From positions 14,958 through 78,957 of the forward strand of contig DATBLC010000344.1 of assembly GCA_036555515.1 (NCBI GenBank): 64,000 bases of DNA, given 5' to 3'. A program made the position numbers and the translations under genes. The notes beneath the pieces were generated by a model, which was not told the origin of the DNA, made no database searches, and was given only the letters and a program-made list of their open reading frames with translations. This document shows, piece by piece, positions 45,083-55,138 of the stretch (positions within the stretch are counted from its first letter, which is position 1; each line of letters begins with the position of its first letter). Source of the stretch: Candidatus Binatia bacterium (GTDB taxonomy: Bacteria > Desulfobacterota > Binatia > UBA9968).

Positions 45083-45484
45083 TCAATGCAGATAGACCGC
45101 GAGGTACGGAATTTCTGATTTCAGGTAGGGGAAAGTCGGCATCAATCTGGTATTGCGCTTGGGTTTGTACCCCGGCGGATATTCCGTGCGCAGCACGCGG
45201 TACTCGATCAGTTCTTTGGATGAGCCTGTCAGCGCCGGGCCGATGGGACCGTCTTTTGATGGATCGTTATTGTGGCACGCAACGCAGTTCGCCACATAGA
45301 CGGCCCGGCCGCGTTGCCGATCGGGATCCTTTGCAGCACCGGAAGAATCACCTGAATCCCCGGAACAAGCGCCGATGATCAAAGCCGAGCATAGTAATAA
45401 AATGGCGAACGTCGCTCGTATTCGCTGCACCCGGACCCACCCGCACAGTGAAGGCGCGATATTGTTCGCCGCCCTACTGCGCAT
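45083..45484 (-). CDS. Lipoprotein-type monoheme cytochrome c
   Basis: Lipobox LIIGAC, heme motif CVACH, distal Met candidate (RLMPTF). Start assigned to ATG 45484. Confidence 0.72.
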   Translation of the reverse strand: MRSRAANNIAPSLCGWVRVQRIRATFAILLLCSALIIGACSGDSGDSSGAAKDPDRQRGRAVYVANCVACHNNDPSKDGPIGPALTGSSKELIEYRVLRTEYPPGYKPKRNTRLMPTFPYLKSEIPYLAVYLH

Positions 45485-45608
45485 TCTCCGCCATCTACCG
45501 CTCGTCTGGCGTACCCGCTTCCGCGGCTCACAAAGCTCGCGCAATCAGCTATCGCTAGGGGGTTGAATGTTAGAGAAAGACAGGCTTGTATGTTAAGTAA
45601 ATTTCGTC

Positions 45609-45695
45609 TGGTGCGAAAGAGGGGAGTCGAACCCCTACGGGTGTTACCCCACAGGATCCTGAATCCTGCGCGTCTACCAGTTCCGCCACTTTCGC
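45609..45695 (-). tRNA. tRNA-Leu (anticodon CAG)
   Basis: The reverse complement is GCGAAAGTGGCGGAACTGGTAGACGCGCAGGATTCAGGATCCTGTGGGGTAACACCCGTAGGGGTTCGACTCCCCTCTTTCGCACCA. It has a 7-bp acceptor stem, anticodon loop TTCAGGA, a long variable arm, a GGTTCGACTCC T-arm, and an encoded CCA. Confidence 0.93.
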
Positions 45696-45777
45696 TCCGT
45701 GCGATTAGCCGCTGTCCTGGGTGTTTTTGTAGCTTGGGGTGCGAAGGTTGTCAAGATAATGGGAAATCGAGCGAGCC

Positions 45778-46260
45778 ATGAGCGCCATTTTGGTCATTGA
45801 ACCACGAAAAATTTTACAGCAAGCCACTGCCATCGCGCTCTTCCCGGAACATGAAGCGCGGATGGTCGAGACGGTACCGGACGCCGGAGAGCTTCAAGAG
45901 GTCGCCGCCGTGATCGTAGATGCGGCGGCGCTGAGGGAGGCGAGTGGGCTGTCCGCGCAAGCGCTGCGCGCGATGGAGTCGTGGAAAGCGCCGATGATTT
46001 GGGTCGACAGCGACCCGCCGCGGCCGCCCAAACGCGAGAAGCTCGTGATCGTCAAACGACCCGTATCGAGACAAGCGATACGCGCCGCGTTGGCGGAGTG
46101 CCTGGCGCAGGATTTCAAAGCCGGCGGCGGCGCTGGAAATTTAGCCACGGAGAATGCCGCCGCGGCGACGCCGAAAGCGCGAAACGTCATCGAGCTCGTG
46201 GATGTGGTTGAAGAAGCGCCCGCACGCAAGCAAAGCAAGGGCGAGCGGAAAAAGAAATAG
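45778..46260 (+). CDS. Hypothetical protein with a degenerate receiver-like N-terminal fold
   Basis: ILVIEPRK / AAVIVDAAAL / PMIWVDS / KLVIVKRPVSRQAIRAAL mimic the beta-alpha pattern of CheY-like domains but lack the DD acidic pocket. Basic C-terminus. Confidence 0.45.
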   Translation: MSAILVIEPRKILQQATAIALFPEHEARMVETVPDAGELQEVAAVIVDAAALREASGLSAQALRAMESWKAPMIWVDSDPPRPPKREKLVIVKRPVSRQAIRAALAECLAQDFKAGGGAGNLATENAAAATPKARNVIELVDVVEEAPARKQSKGERKKK

Positions 46261-46266
46261 CAACCT

Positions 46267-49020
46267 ATGGAACTCCCCAAGGCCTATTCCCACAAAGACG
46301 TCGAAGCTAAGTGGTATAAGCACTGGCTGGAAAGTGGTGCCTTCGAGCCGGCCGCCGTGGCGGCGCCGACTTATTCCATCGTCATCCCGCCGCCCAACGT
46401 GACGGGATCGCTGCACATGGGCCATGCGCTGAACAACACGCTCCAGGACGTTCTTTGCCGATACAAGCGAATGGATGGATTTCGCGTCCTGTGGGTGCCG
46501 GGCACCGACCATGCCGGCATCGCCACGCAAAACGTCGTGGAGCGCCAGCTTGCCGAGCGCGGCCTTACCCGCGTGCAGTTGGGGCGGGAAAAATTTGTCC
46601 AAAGAATTTGGCAATGGAAAGCGGAGGCCGGCGACACGATCCTGCATCAATTAAAAGCGCTCGGCGTCTCCTGCGATTGGCGCCATGAGCGTTTCACCAT
46701 GGATGAAGGGCTGTCGCGATCGGTGCGTGAAGCTTTTGTCCGCCTTTGGGAGGACAAGCTCCTGTACCGGGCGGAACGGCTGATCAATTGGTGCCCGCGC
46801 TGCAAAACCGCGTTGGCGGATATCGAAGTGGTCCATGAAGAGATCGATGGCACGCTGTGGCATATTCGCTATCCGTTCGCGGACGATCCTTCGCGCGCCT
46901 TGATCGTCGCTACGACGCGCCCTGAAACGATGCTGGGTGACACCGCGGTGGCGGTGCACCCGGAGGACGACCGCTACCTGGGGTTACATGGGGAAAAGAT
47001 TCGTCTACCGATTACCAATCGCATCGTGCCGCTGATCGCCGACGCTTACGTCGATAAGGAGTTTGGCACCGGCGCCCTCAAGATTACGCCGGGCCACGAC
47101 TTCAACGATTATGAAATCGGCGAGCGCCATGGTCTGGAGAAGATCAACATCTTCGATGCCGACGCGCGCATCGATGCCGCGGATTTTTTCGCTCGCGGCG
47201 AAAACGGCGGCTGGATCGAGCGCTATCGCGGCAAGGACCGCTTCGCCGCCCGAAAGCTCGTCGTTTCGGAATTGCAAGAAAACGGCTTCCTGGAAAAAGT
47301 CGAGGCGCACCGCCATGCCATCGGCCACTGTTATCGCTGCCAGACGGTGATCGAGCCTTATCTAACGCCGCAGTGGTTCGTCAACATCAAGCCTTTGGCC
47401 GGACCCGCCATTGAGGCCGTGCGCAACGGCAGCATACGGATTGTTCCCGAAAACTGGAGCAACTCCTATTTCGCCTGGATGGAAAACATCAAGGATTGGT
47501 GCATCTCGCGGCAAATTTGGTGGGGTCATCAGATTCCCGCCTGGTACTGCAGGGGCTGTGACGGTGCGAATATCATAAGGACGGCCGAGGGCGGTTATCT
47601 TTTGACTAGAGACGCCAGACCCATTGTCGCACGCGAGACGCCAAGCCGGTGCCCGCACTGCGGCGGCGCGGAGTTGATCCAGGATCCAGACGTGCTCGAT
47701 ACCTGGTTTTCTTCCGGCCTCTGGCCCTTCTCCACGTTAGGCTGGCCGCAGCGTACGGACGACCTCAAGAATTTCTATCCGACATCTGCTCTGGTCACCG
47801 GTTTCGATATTCTGTTTTTCTGGGTTGCGCGCATGATTATGATGGGGCTCAAGTTTATGGACGATGTGCCGTTTCGTGACGTTTACATTCATGCCCTCGT
47901 GCGCGATGAATTTGGCCAGAAAATGTCCAAATCCAAAGGCAACGTCATCGACCCCCTCGATGTCATGAATGAGTACGGCACGGATGCTTTTCGCTTTACC
48001 TTGGCGGCGATGGCGGCCATGGGGCGCGATATCAAGCTTTCTCCGGAGCGCATCGCCGGTTATCAAAATTTCGTCAACAAGCTGTGGAACGCGGCGCGTT
48101 TCGTATTGTTGAACGCGCCACGCGGCGCCGCGGACTTTGCCGGCAAGCCCTCGGCCCTCAGCGTGGAGAATTTAAGCTTCGCCGAGCGCTGGGTTCGTTC
48201 GCGTTTGGCGGCGGCCATCCATGAGGCGCGCGGCGCCCTCGAGGCTTACCGCTTCAACGACTTCGCCAATGTGCTTTATCAGTTCACCTGGCATGAGTTC
48301 TGTGACTGGTATATCGAAATGAGCAAGCCGGCGCTAAACAGCGCGCCGGGCGAAGATAACGCGCGCAGCCGGCAGCTGCTCGTGGAATTGCTGGAGCAAA
48401 TTCTGCTTTTGCTTCATCCGGTCATGCCCTTCGTCACCGAAGAGATCTGGCAGGCGTTGGACGGCAACGGCAAGACGATCATGCTGCAGGTCTACCCGCG
48501 CGCTGCCGAGTCTTGGCGCGATACGGCGGCGGAGAAAGACATGGAATTTCTCATGGGCGTGATCCGCGCCGTAAGAAATCTCCGCACCGAGCTGAACTGC
48601 CCGCCGGGCAAAGAAGTCAAAGTGATCTTTCATGGGCTGGAGCGCGAGCTCGCGATGCTCAAAGAGCACGCCGCCTATCTTCGCCTGCTTGCGCGCGTCG
48701 GCGCGGCGGAGTATTTCGCGGGCGGCGATCGTCCCAAAGGCGCGGCTACCGCCGTCGTCGGGGCCACCGAGATTTACCTGCCGTTGGACGATGTGCTCGA
48801 TCTCGACGAAGAACATGCGCGGCTCATGAAAGAGGCGGGCAAGATTACCGCTGAGCTTGCGCGGGTACAAAGGAAGCTCGGCAATGGCGAATTTCTCAGC
48901 AAGGCCAAACATGAGATCGTGCAAAAAGAGCGGGACAAGGCGCTTCAGTATGAAGACAAGCTGCGCGCGCTCAATTTAAGCATCGCGCGCATTGGAGAAC
49001 TCAAGGCAGGGAGGGATTGA
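46267..49020 (+). CDS. valS: Valine--tRNA ligase
   Basis: HMGH (SLHMGHAL) and KMSKS motifs, CP1 editing domain, C-terminal coiled coil. 917 aa. Confidence 0.96.
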   Translation: MELPKAYSHKDVEAKWYKHWLESGAFEPAAVAAPTYSIVIPPPNVTGSLHMGHALNNTLQDVLCRYKRMDGFRVLWVPGTDHAGIATQNVVERQLAERGLTRVQLGREKFVQRIWQWKAEAGDTILHQLKALGVSCDWRHERFTMDEGLSRSVREAFVRLWEDKLLYRAERLINWCPRCKTALADIEVVHEEIDGTLWHIRYPFADDPSRALIVATTRPETMLGDTAVAVHPEDDRYLGLHGEKIRLPITNRIVPLIADAYVDKEFGTGALKITPGHDFNDYEIGERHGLEKINIFDADARIDAADFFARGENGGWIERYRGKDRFAARKLVVSELQENGFLEKVEAHRHAIGHCYRCQTVIEPYLTPQWFVNIKPLAGPAIEAVRNGSIRIVPENWSNSYFAWMENIKDWCISRQIWWGHQIPAWYCRGCDGANIIRTAEGGYLLTRDARPIVARETPSRCPHCGGAELIQDPDVLDTWFSSGLWPFSTLGWPQRTDDLKNFYPTSALVTGFDILFFWVARMIMMGLKFMDDVPFRDVYIHALVRDEFGQKMSKSKGNVIDPLDVMNEYGTDAFRFTLAAMAAMGRDIKLSPERIAGYQNFVNKLWNAARFVLLNAPRGAADFAGKPSALSVENLSFAERWVRSRLAAAIHEARGALEAYRFNDFANVLYQFTWHEFCDWYIEMSKPALNSAPGEDNARSRQLLVELLEQILLLLHPVMPFVTEEIWQALDGNGKTIMLQVYPRAAESWRDTAAEKDMEFLMGVIRAVRNLRTELNCPPGKEVKVIFHGLERELAMLKEHAAYLRLLARVGAAEYFAGGDRPKGAATAVVGATEIYLPLDDVLDLDEEHARLMKEAGKITAELARVQRKLGNGEFLSKAKHEIVQKERDKALQYEDKLRALNLSIARIGELKAGRD

Positions 49021-49025
49021 GGATC

Positions 49026-49880
49026 ATGGATATTCTCGTTACCCCGCAGATCGAGCGATTGATTCGCGACTCGCTGGATGAAGATATCGGCCCAGGCGAT
49101 CTCGCCACCATGGCGACGATCGCGGCGGACAGCCAAGGCAAGGGACTGTTTCGCGCGAAAAAAGACGGCGTGGTTGCGGGGCTGGTGCTGCTGGACCGCA
49201 TCTTTTATTTCATCGACCCCAGAGTCACGATTCGTCTATTGACGAAGGACGGCGACGCGGTGAAGTCGGGGACGGTGGTGGCGGAAGCTGTGGGGCCGGT
49301 GCGGGCGCTGTTGTTGGCGGAACGTACCGCTCTCAATTTTTTGCAGCGGCTCTCCGGGACGGCGACGCTGACGCGCAAGTACGTCGAAGCGGTCAAAGGA
49401 TTTTCCTGCAAGGTGCTCGATACCAGAAAGACCACGCCGGGGTTGCGCACCTTGGAAAAATACGCCGTGCGCATGGGCGGTGGCATGAATCACCGCATCG
49501 GCCTCTATGATGCGGCGCTGGTGAAGGACAATCATATCGAGGCCACTGGCTCCATCGCCGAGGCGGTAAAGGCGGTCAGGCGCCATGCGCCATTCATGGC
49601 CAAAATCGAAGTGGAAGCCGGCAATTTGAAGCAAGTCCAGGAGGCCATCGATGCCGGCGCGGATGTCATCATGCTAGACAATATGTCCATCGCCCAGATG
49701 GCCGAAGCGGTGCGCCTGATCAACAAACGGGCCTGGTTGGAGGCCTCGGGCGGCATCACCTTGGAAACGATTCGACAGGTCGCCGAGACCGGCGTCGATT
49801 TCATTTCTTCGGGAGCGCTGACCCATTCCGCCCCGGTGGTGGATTTCAACATGAAAATAACTTTGAATGTTGCCGCGTAA
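49026..49880 (+). CDS. nadC: Nicotinate-nucleotide pyrophosphorylase (carboxylating)
   Basis: EDIGPGDLAT, ERTALNFLQRLSG, DTRKTTPGLR and MLDNM motifs. Confidence 0.9.
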   Translation: MDILVTPQIERLIRDSLDEDIGPGDLATMATIAADSQGKGLFRAKKDGVVAGLVLLDRIFYFIDPRVTIRLLTKDGDAVKSGTVVAEAVGPVRALLLAERTALNFLQRLSGTATLTRKYVEAVKGFSCKVLDTRKTTPGLRTLEKYAVRMGGGMNHRIGLYDAALVKDNHIEATGSIAEAVKAVRRHAPFMAKIEVEAGNLKQVQEAIDAGADVIMLDNMSIAQMAEAVRLINKRAWLEASGGITLETIRQVAETGVDFISSGALTHSAPVVDFNMKITLNVAA

Positions 49881-50706
49881 TCATGATCATATTTGCCCTG
49901 TGACGACCGAGTCACGTCCGCTTCGCATCCGTGAAGTCGAAAACGGTCTCGCGTCCAAGCGCCTGGGAACCCGCTTTCATTATTTCCATGAAATCGACTC
50001 GACGAATGATTATGCCCGCTTGCTCGCCGAACGCGGAGAGCCGCAAGGCGCGATTGTCGTTGCCGAGCAGCAGACCCGGGGCCGGGGGCGCCTGGGGCGG
50101 CGTTGGGTATCGCCGCCCTATGCCAACTTGTATTGCTCGATCATTCTTCGTCCCAAGTTACCGCCTGCCCATGCGCCGCGCATCACCTTGACCGCCGCGG
50201 TGGCTTTGGCCGATGCCATCGAAAGTTTCGCCCCGGCGGCACCGGCGATCAAATGGCCCAACGACATAATGGCCGGGGGCAAAAAACTGGCCGGGGTGCT
50301 GACCGAAGCGGCGTCGAATCCTCAACGGGTCGAGTTTGTCATTCTCGGCATCGGCGTCAATGTCAATTTTCCGCTTGACTCGATGCCCCCGGAGCTTCGC
50401 GAACGCGCAACTTCACTGTCGGTTTTGGCGGGGAGGAGCGTCAGCCGGGAGGGCTTCTTGAGGCGATTGATTCACGACCTTGACAGGTGCTATGGAATTC
50501 TCGAAGAAACGGGATTCGCGGCACTCGCCCCCCGCTGGGACGCGCGCTTCGGCCTGCGCGGGCAGCGCGTGCGCGTTGAAATGACGGACCGGACCATCAA
50601 TGGGCGCGCCATCGGCATCGACGCGGACGGGGCTTTAGTCATCGAGTCGCCCGATGGCGGATGTCAACGAATCGTCGCCGGCGATGTGATTCCCGTTGAT
50701 GGGTGA
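49867..50706 (+). CDS. birA: Biotin--[acetyl-CoA-carboxylase] ligase (class I, no HTH)
   Basis: GRGRLGRRW and KWPND motifs. Overlaps the nadC end by 14 nt. Confidence 0.85.
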   Translation: MLPRNHDHICPVTTESRPLRIREVENGLASKRLGTRFHYFHEIDSTNDYARLLAERGEPQGAIVVAEQQTRGRGRLGRRWVSPPYANLYCSIILRPKLPPAHAPRITLTAAVALADAIESFAPAAPAIKWPNDIMAGGKKLAGVLTEAASNPQRVEFVILGIGVNVNFPLDSMPPELRERATSLSVLAGRSVSREGFLRRLIHDLDRCYGILEETGFAALAPRWDARFGLRGQRVRVEMTDRTINGRAIGIDADGALVIESPDGGCQRIVAGDVIPVDG

Positions 50707-50717
50707 CGCAAACTAAA

Positions 50718-51512
50718 ATGCTTTTGGCCATCGACATCGGCAACACCAACATCGTTCTGGGCCTTTACCAGGGTAAAAAGCTGACTACCCATTGGCGCCT
50801 GGCCACGCAATCCGAACGCACCGCCGACGAATATGGCGTGTTGATCGGGCAGCTCATCGCCGTCGAGGGGTTCCGCTGCGGGCAGATCAACGCCATCGTA
50901 GCTTCCTGCGTGGTGCCGCCCATGCTCACGACGACCCAGGAGCTGGCGCGAAAGTTTTTCAACCTTGACCCTCTGATCGTCGGGCCGGGAATCAAGACCG
51001 GAATGCCAATCCTCTACGAAAGCCCGAAGGATGTCGGCGCCGACCGCATCGTCAACGGTGTCGCCGCCTATGAAAAATACCACGACAGCTGCATCATCGT
51101 CGATTTCGGCACGGCCACGACTATCGATCTCATTTCCAAGAAGGGCGAATATATCGGCGGCGCCATCGCCCCGGGTCTTTCGATTGCGCTGGAGGCTCTG
51201 GTGCAGAGGGCTGCTAAATTGCCCCGCATCGAAGTCGTCAAGCCCAAGGAAGTCATCGGCAAAAACACCGTAAGCTCGATTCAAGCGGGCATCTTCTTCG
51301 GTTACGCCGGCCTGGTGGATGGCATCGTGCAGAGAATTCAAACCGAACACGGCATGCCGTCCAAGGTGGTGGCCACTGGCGGTCTGGCGTCGCTTATAGC
51401 CACCGCGTGTTCGACGATCGGCGAGGTGGACGATTTTTTGACTCTCGACGGGCTAAGAATTATTTACGAACGCAACGCGTTGCGAGAGGTACACGCGCGA
51501 GCGCAGAAATAA
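50718..51512 (+). CDS. coaX: Type III pantothenate kinase
   Basis: MLLAIDIGNTN start, GADRIVN and DFGTATT motifs. Confidence 0.9.
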   Translation: MLLAIDIGNTNIVLGLYQGKKLTTHWRLATQSERTADEYGVLIGQLIAVEGFRCGQINAIVASCVVPPMLTTTQELARKFFNLDPLIVGPGIKTGMPILYESPKDVGADRIVNGVAAYEKYHDSCIIVDFGTATTIDLISKKGEYIGGAIAPGLSIALEALVQRAAKLPRIEVVKPKEVIGKNTVSSIQAGIFFGYAGLVDGIVQRIQTEHGMPSKVVATGGLASLIATACSTIGEVDDFLTLDGLRIIYERNALREVHARAQK

Positions 51513-51536
51513 CGTCACGGGAGGGAAGCCAAAGTT

Positions 51537-53633
51537 ATGGCTATAGCGGAACTGGAGAGACTTCGTAATATCGGCATCTTGGGCCAGGGCGGCTCGGGAA
51601 AAACTTCGCTCGGCGAAGCGATGCTGTTTACGGCGGGGGCGACCCAGCGGCTCGGGCGGATTCAGGACGGGACCTCGGTGTTGGACCACGACCCGGAAGA
51701 AGTCAAGCATCACGTTTCGATTTCCACTGCGTTTCACTCTTTAAATTGGTCGAAGCATCCTATGACTCTAGTGGATACGCCGGGCTACACCGCTTTTCTG
51801 GCGGATTCCATCAACTGTATGCGTGCGTTTGAGGGTGCAGTTTTCGTACTCAATCCGATGGTTGGCCTGCGGGTCGAATCGGAGCGACTCTGGAACAGGA
51901 CAAACGAAGAGGGAATCAGCCGTCTTTTGTTCGTCAACAAAATGGACCACGAGCCGGCCGGCGTGGAGGAGCGTACCAACGGCCTGCTTGAGGCACTAGG
52001 GGTAAGGGGAGTGTTCCTCCAGCTGCCCATCGGCGCCGAGGCCGGGTTCAAAGGGGTTGTCGATCTGCTTACGATGAAGGCGTATCTCTACGACGGGGAC
52101 ACTGGCAAGTGCGCCGAAGCGGACATTCCCGCCGATATCAAGGACGCAGCGGCAAGGATGCGTCTCGAGCTTTTAGAAACGGTTTCGGAGACCGATGACG
52201 CCCTGTTGGAGAAATACCTGGACGGCCAGGAGCCTTCGCCGGAGGAGCTGAAGCGAGCGCTGCGCAATGCCACCCTGGAACGCAAGGTTTTTCCGATCCT
52301 TTATGGCTCGTCGACCCGGCTCGTCGCTATCGATCGCTTGCTGGACGCCGTGACCGATTACTTGCCTTCCCCTATCGACGAAGGCGAGGCTGAAGGCAGG
52401 AATCCCTCCACCGGTGAAGTGGAAAAACGCAAACCAGACCCGAGCGCGCCGTTTTCTGCCTACGTGTTCAAGACCATTAGCGATCCCTTCGCCGGCAAAT
52501 TGTCGGTGATGCGCGTCATGTCGGGAACGCTTGCCGCCGACGGCGCTTGTTACAATGCCAACAAACAAAGTAGAGAAAAGATCGGCCACATGTTCCGCCT
52601 GGAAGGGAAAAAACAGGAACCGGCCAAGGATGTTTCGGTGGGTGATATCGTCGCGGCGGCGAAGCTCAAAGACGTCAGCACGGGCGATACTCTGTGCGAT
52701 GACAAGGCGCCCATCCAGTACGAGGGCCCGCCGCACTTTTCGCCGGTGATTTCGTTTGCCCTTGAGCCCAAGAGCAAAGCCGATGAAGAAAAGGTGCCGC
52801 AGGGGCTTCATCGCATGATGGAGGAGGACCTGACTATCGAGGTGCACCGCGACGAGCAAACGCGGGATTTCATCCTGTCGGGCATGGGGCAGCAGCACAT
52901 CGAGATCATCGTTGAAAAATTGAAACGCAAGTATGGGGCCGACGTCGTGCTCAAAGCACCCAAGGTGCCATACAAGGAAACCATCCGGGGCAAAGCCAGC
53001 GCCCAGGGGAGGCTTAAGAAACAGACCGGCGGGCGCGGCCAGTTCGGTGACACCTGGCTCAGGATCGAGCCGCTGCCCCACGGCGGAGGCTTCGAATTCG
53101 TCGATGAAATCGTCGGCGGCGCCATCCCGCGCAACTATATTCCGGCGGTGGAAAAGGGTATCAGGGAGGCGATGGCCGGCGGTTATCTCGCCGGCTATCC
53201 GATGGTGGACGTGCGCGTGACGCTCTATGACGGTTCCTATCACGATGTGGATTCCTCCGACATGGCCTTCAAGATCGCCGCGTCCCTGGGATTCAAAAAC
53301 GCCGTGGAGAAGGCCAAGCCGGTGCTACTCGAGCCGATCATGAACATGGACGTCACCGTGCCGGATGAAAGCATGGGCGACGTTATCGGCGATCTAAACA
53401 GCCGACGCGGCAAAGTCCTGGGTATGGACAGCAAAGGGCATGCTCAGATAATCAAGGCCAAGGTGCCCATGGCCGAGGTGCTAAAATACGCGCCGGATCT
53501 GAGAGCGCTGACCAGCGGCCGCGGTGAGTTTCATATGGAATTTTCTCATTATGAAGAGTTGCCCGGGCACCTGTCGGAGAAAGTAATCAAAGAAGCTCAG
53601 GCGCGCAAAAGCGCTGAACAGCAGGAGCACTAG
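51537..53633 (+). CDS. Elongation factor G paralog with non-canonical G1 and G3 motifs
   Basis: Five-domain EF-G layout, 698 aa. G1 is GQGGSGKTS (canonical AHIDAGKTT), G3 is DTPGY (canonical DTPGH), G4 is NKMD. Not linked to rpsG/tuf. Confidence 0.88.
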   Translation: MAIAELERLRNIGILGQGGSGKTSLGEAMLFTAGATQRLGRIQDGTSVLDHDPEEVKHHVSISTAFHSLNWSKHPMTLVDTPGYTAFLADSINCMRAFEGAVFVLNPMVGLRVESERLWNRTNEEGISRLLFVNKMDHEPAGVEERTNGLLEALGVRGVFLQLPIGAEAGFKGVVDLLTMKAYLYDGDTGKCAEADIPADIKDAAARMRLELLETVSETDDALLEKYLDGQEPSPEELKRALRNATLERKVFPILYGSSTRLVAIDRLLDAVTDYLPSPIDEGEAEGRNPSTGEVEKRKPDPSAPFSAYVFKTISDPFAGKLSVMRVMSGTLAADGACYNANKQSREKIGHMFRLEGKKQEPAKDVSVGDIVAAAKLKDVSTGDTLCDDKAPIQYEGPPHFSPVISFALEPKSKADEEKVPQGLHRMMEEDLTIEVHRDEQTRDFILSGMGQQHIEIIVEKLKRKYGADVVLKAPKVPYKETIRGKASAQGRLKKQTGGRGQFGDTWLRIEPLPHGGGFEFVDEIVGGAIPRNYIPAVEKGIREAMAGGYLAGYPMVDVRVTLYDGSYHDVDSSDMAFKIAASLGFKNAVEKAKPVLLEPIMNMDVTVPDESMGDVIGDLNSRRGKVLGMDSKGHAQIIKAKVPMAEVLKYAPDLRALTSGRGEFHMEFSHYEELPGHLSEKVIKEAQARKSAEQQEH

Positions 53634-53799
53634 AATTTAGTTTGAAGATCCTAGTTCGAAGTTTCTGGTTGTTGAGACCTGGCTTCCGAATTCTTAAACT
53701 AGAAGCCAGAAACAATAAACCAGGAACAGGTTAGTTTCGTATACGTGTGCCGAGTTGAGCGCGGAACCCGGTAGACCCTAAACCGTTTGGAGAGAGTCC

Positions 53800-54012
53800 G
53801 TGGAGCCAACCTTCAATCAGTTCAACGCCACACTGCTTTACTGTAACAACTGTCGCAAGGCGATGCCGGTGCGCGAGCGGCTTTTGCTCGTGCTGCCCGA
53901 CGGCGAACTTTATGACTATACTTGTCAGGGCTGCAATGCGTCGGTCGGATCCAAAAAGGATAAAAGCCGGCCGGCGCCGATCTTGGCGAAAACAAATTTG
54001 GGAGGGCTTTAA
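53800..54012 (+). CDS. Small zinc-ribbon protein (70 aa)
   Basis: GTG start after GGAGAGAG. CNNC...CQGC pairs. Ends 2 nt before the amidohydrolase ATG. Confidence 0.5.
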   Translation: MEPTFNQFNATLLYCNNCRKAMPVRERLLLVLPDGELYDYTCQGCNASVGSKKDKSRPAPILAKTNLGGL

Positions 54013-54014
54013 AG

Positions 54015-55043
54015 ATGGCTGTCATCGATGCTGATGCTCATGTCTTGGAAACCGAGCGGACCTGGGATTACATGCTGGAATCGGAGCGGCGGCACCGGCC
54101 GCGCATCGTGCCAACGCCGAACGATCCGACTTCCGGGGGCGAGTCGTGGCTCATCGATGGGACCTATCTCGGCAAGGCGCGCAACGTCGGCCACGATACC
54201 GCGAAGGAATCGCGCGAGATGGAAGATATCAAGGCGCGGCTCAAACACATGGACGATCTCAACATCGACGTCCAGGTACTTTATCCGACATTTTGCTTGC
54301 GCCCCTTCACCCGCCGCCCGGAGGTCGAACTGGCCCTGGCGCGAAGCTATAACCGTTGGCTCATCGATATCTGGAAGGCGGCGCCCGAGCGTTTGCGCTG
54401 GGTCGCGCTACTGCCACTGCTCACGATGGACAAAGCGCTGGAAGAGGCGCGCTTCGCCAAGGAGAACGGCGCCTGCGGTATTTTCATCCGCGGCCTCGAA
54501 GGGGACAAGCGGTTGCACGACTCCTATTTTTTCCCGCTTTACGAGGAAGCGGGAAAACTTGACTTGCCGGTTTGCGTTCATTCCGCTACGGGCAGCTTCG
54601 CTGTGCACGATTATTTCGCCGACGAGTGCGGCTTCAATAGATTCAAGCTTGCGGTGGTCGGCTCGTTTCACTCGCTGATCTTTTACAAGATTCCTGAAAA
54701 ATTTCCCAAAACCAAGTGGGCGTTTATCGAAGTGAGCTCACAATGGGTCCCCTATGCGATCCACGACTTCGCGCGCCGTTTCGAACGTAGCGGAGTCAAA
54801 GTCGACAAGACCGAGGTCTTGCGCAAGAATAAGATCTGGGTAGCGTGTCAAACCGACGACGATCTGGCCTACGTGCTCAAATTCACCGGCGAAGATCATC
54901 TGGTCATCGGTACCGACTACGGCCACAACGATACCTCCTCGGAGATTTTGGCGTTGCGCCGGTTGAAAGAGGACGGCGCCGTGCCGCCCCATGTGGTTAA
55001 CAAGATTCTCGACGACAACGCCCGTGCGCTCTACGGGCTGTAA
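54015..55043 (+). CDS. Amidohydrolase_2 (ACMSD/LigW-type metal-dependent hydrolase/decarboxylase)
   Basis: MAVIDADAHV start (HxH-type metal site), C-terminal GTDYGHND motif. Confidence 0.82.
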   Translation: MAVIDADAHVLETERTWDYMLESERRHRPRIVPTPNDPTSGGESWLIDGTYLGKARNVGHDTAKESREMEDIKARLKHMDDLNIDVQVLYPTFCLRPFTRRPEVELALARSYNRWLIDIWKAAPERLRWVALLPLLTMDKALEEARFAKENGACGIFIRGLEGDKRLHDSYFFPLYEEAGKLDLPVCVHSATGSFAVHDYFADECGFNRFKLAVVGSFHSLIFYKIPEKFPKTKWAFIEVSSQWVPYAIHDFARRFERSGVKVDKTEVLRKNKIWVACQTDDDLAYVLKFTGEDHLVIGTDYGHNDTSSEILALRRLKEDGAVPPHVVNKILDDNARALYGL

Positions 55044-55047
55044 GACC

Positions 55048-55124
55048 GTTCAAGGTTCAAGGTTTATGTTCAACGTCGCAACCCCGCCCCGGTATCTTCT
55101 AACTTTGAACCTTGAACTTTGAAC
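55048..55124. repeat. GTTCAA-array hairpin element
   Basis: GTTCAAGGTTCAAGGTTTATGTTCAACG ... CTTTGAACCTTGAACTTTGAAC. Confidence 0.7.
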
Positions 55125-55138
55125 TGGACAAGGCCGCC

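Noticed and set aside
52173-53243. 356-aa ORF antisense to the EF-G paralog.
   Set aside because: Shadow ORF with no recognisable motifs, opposite a five-domain EF-G homolog.
53679-53709. Hairpin CTGGCTTC...GAAGCCAG after the EF-G paralog as an intrinsic terminator.
   Set aside because: The stem is only 8 bp with a 15-nt loop and no U-tract on the + strand. It may still be structural, but it cannot be called a terminator from sequence.
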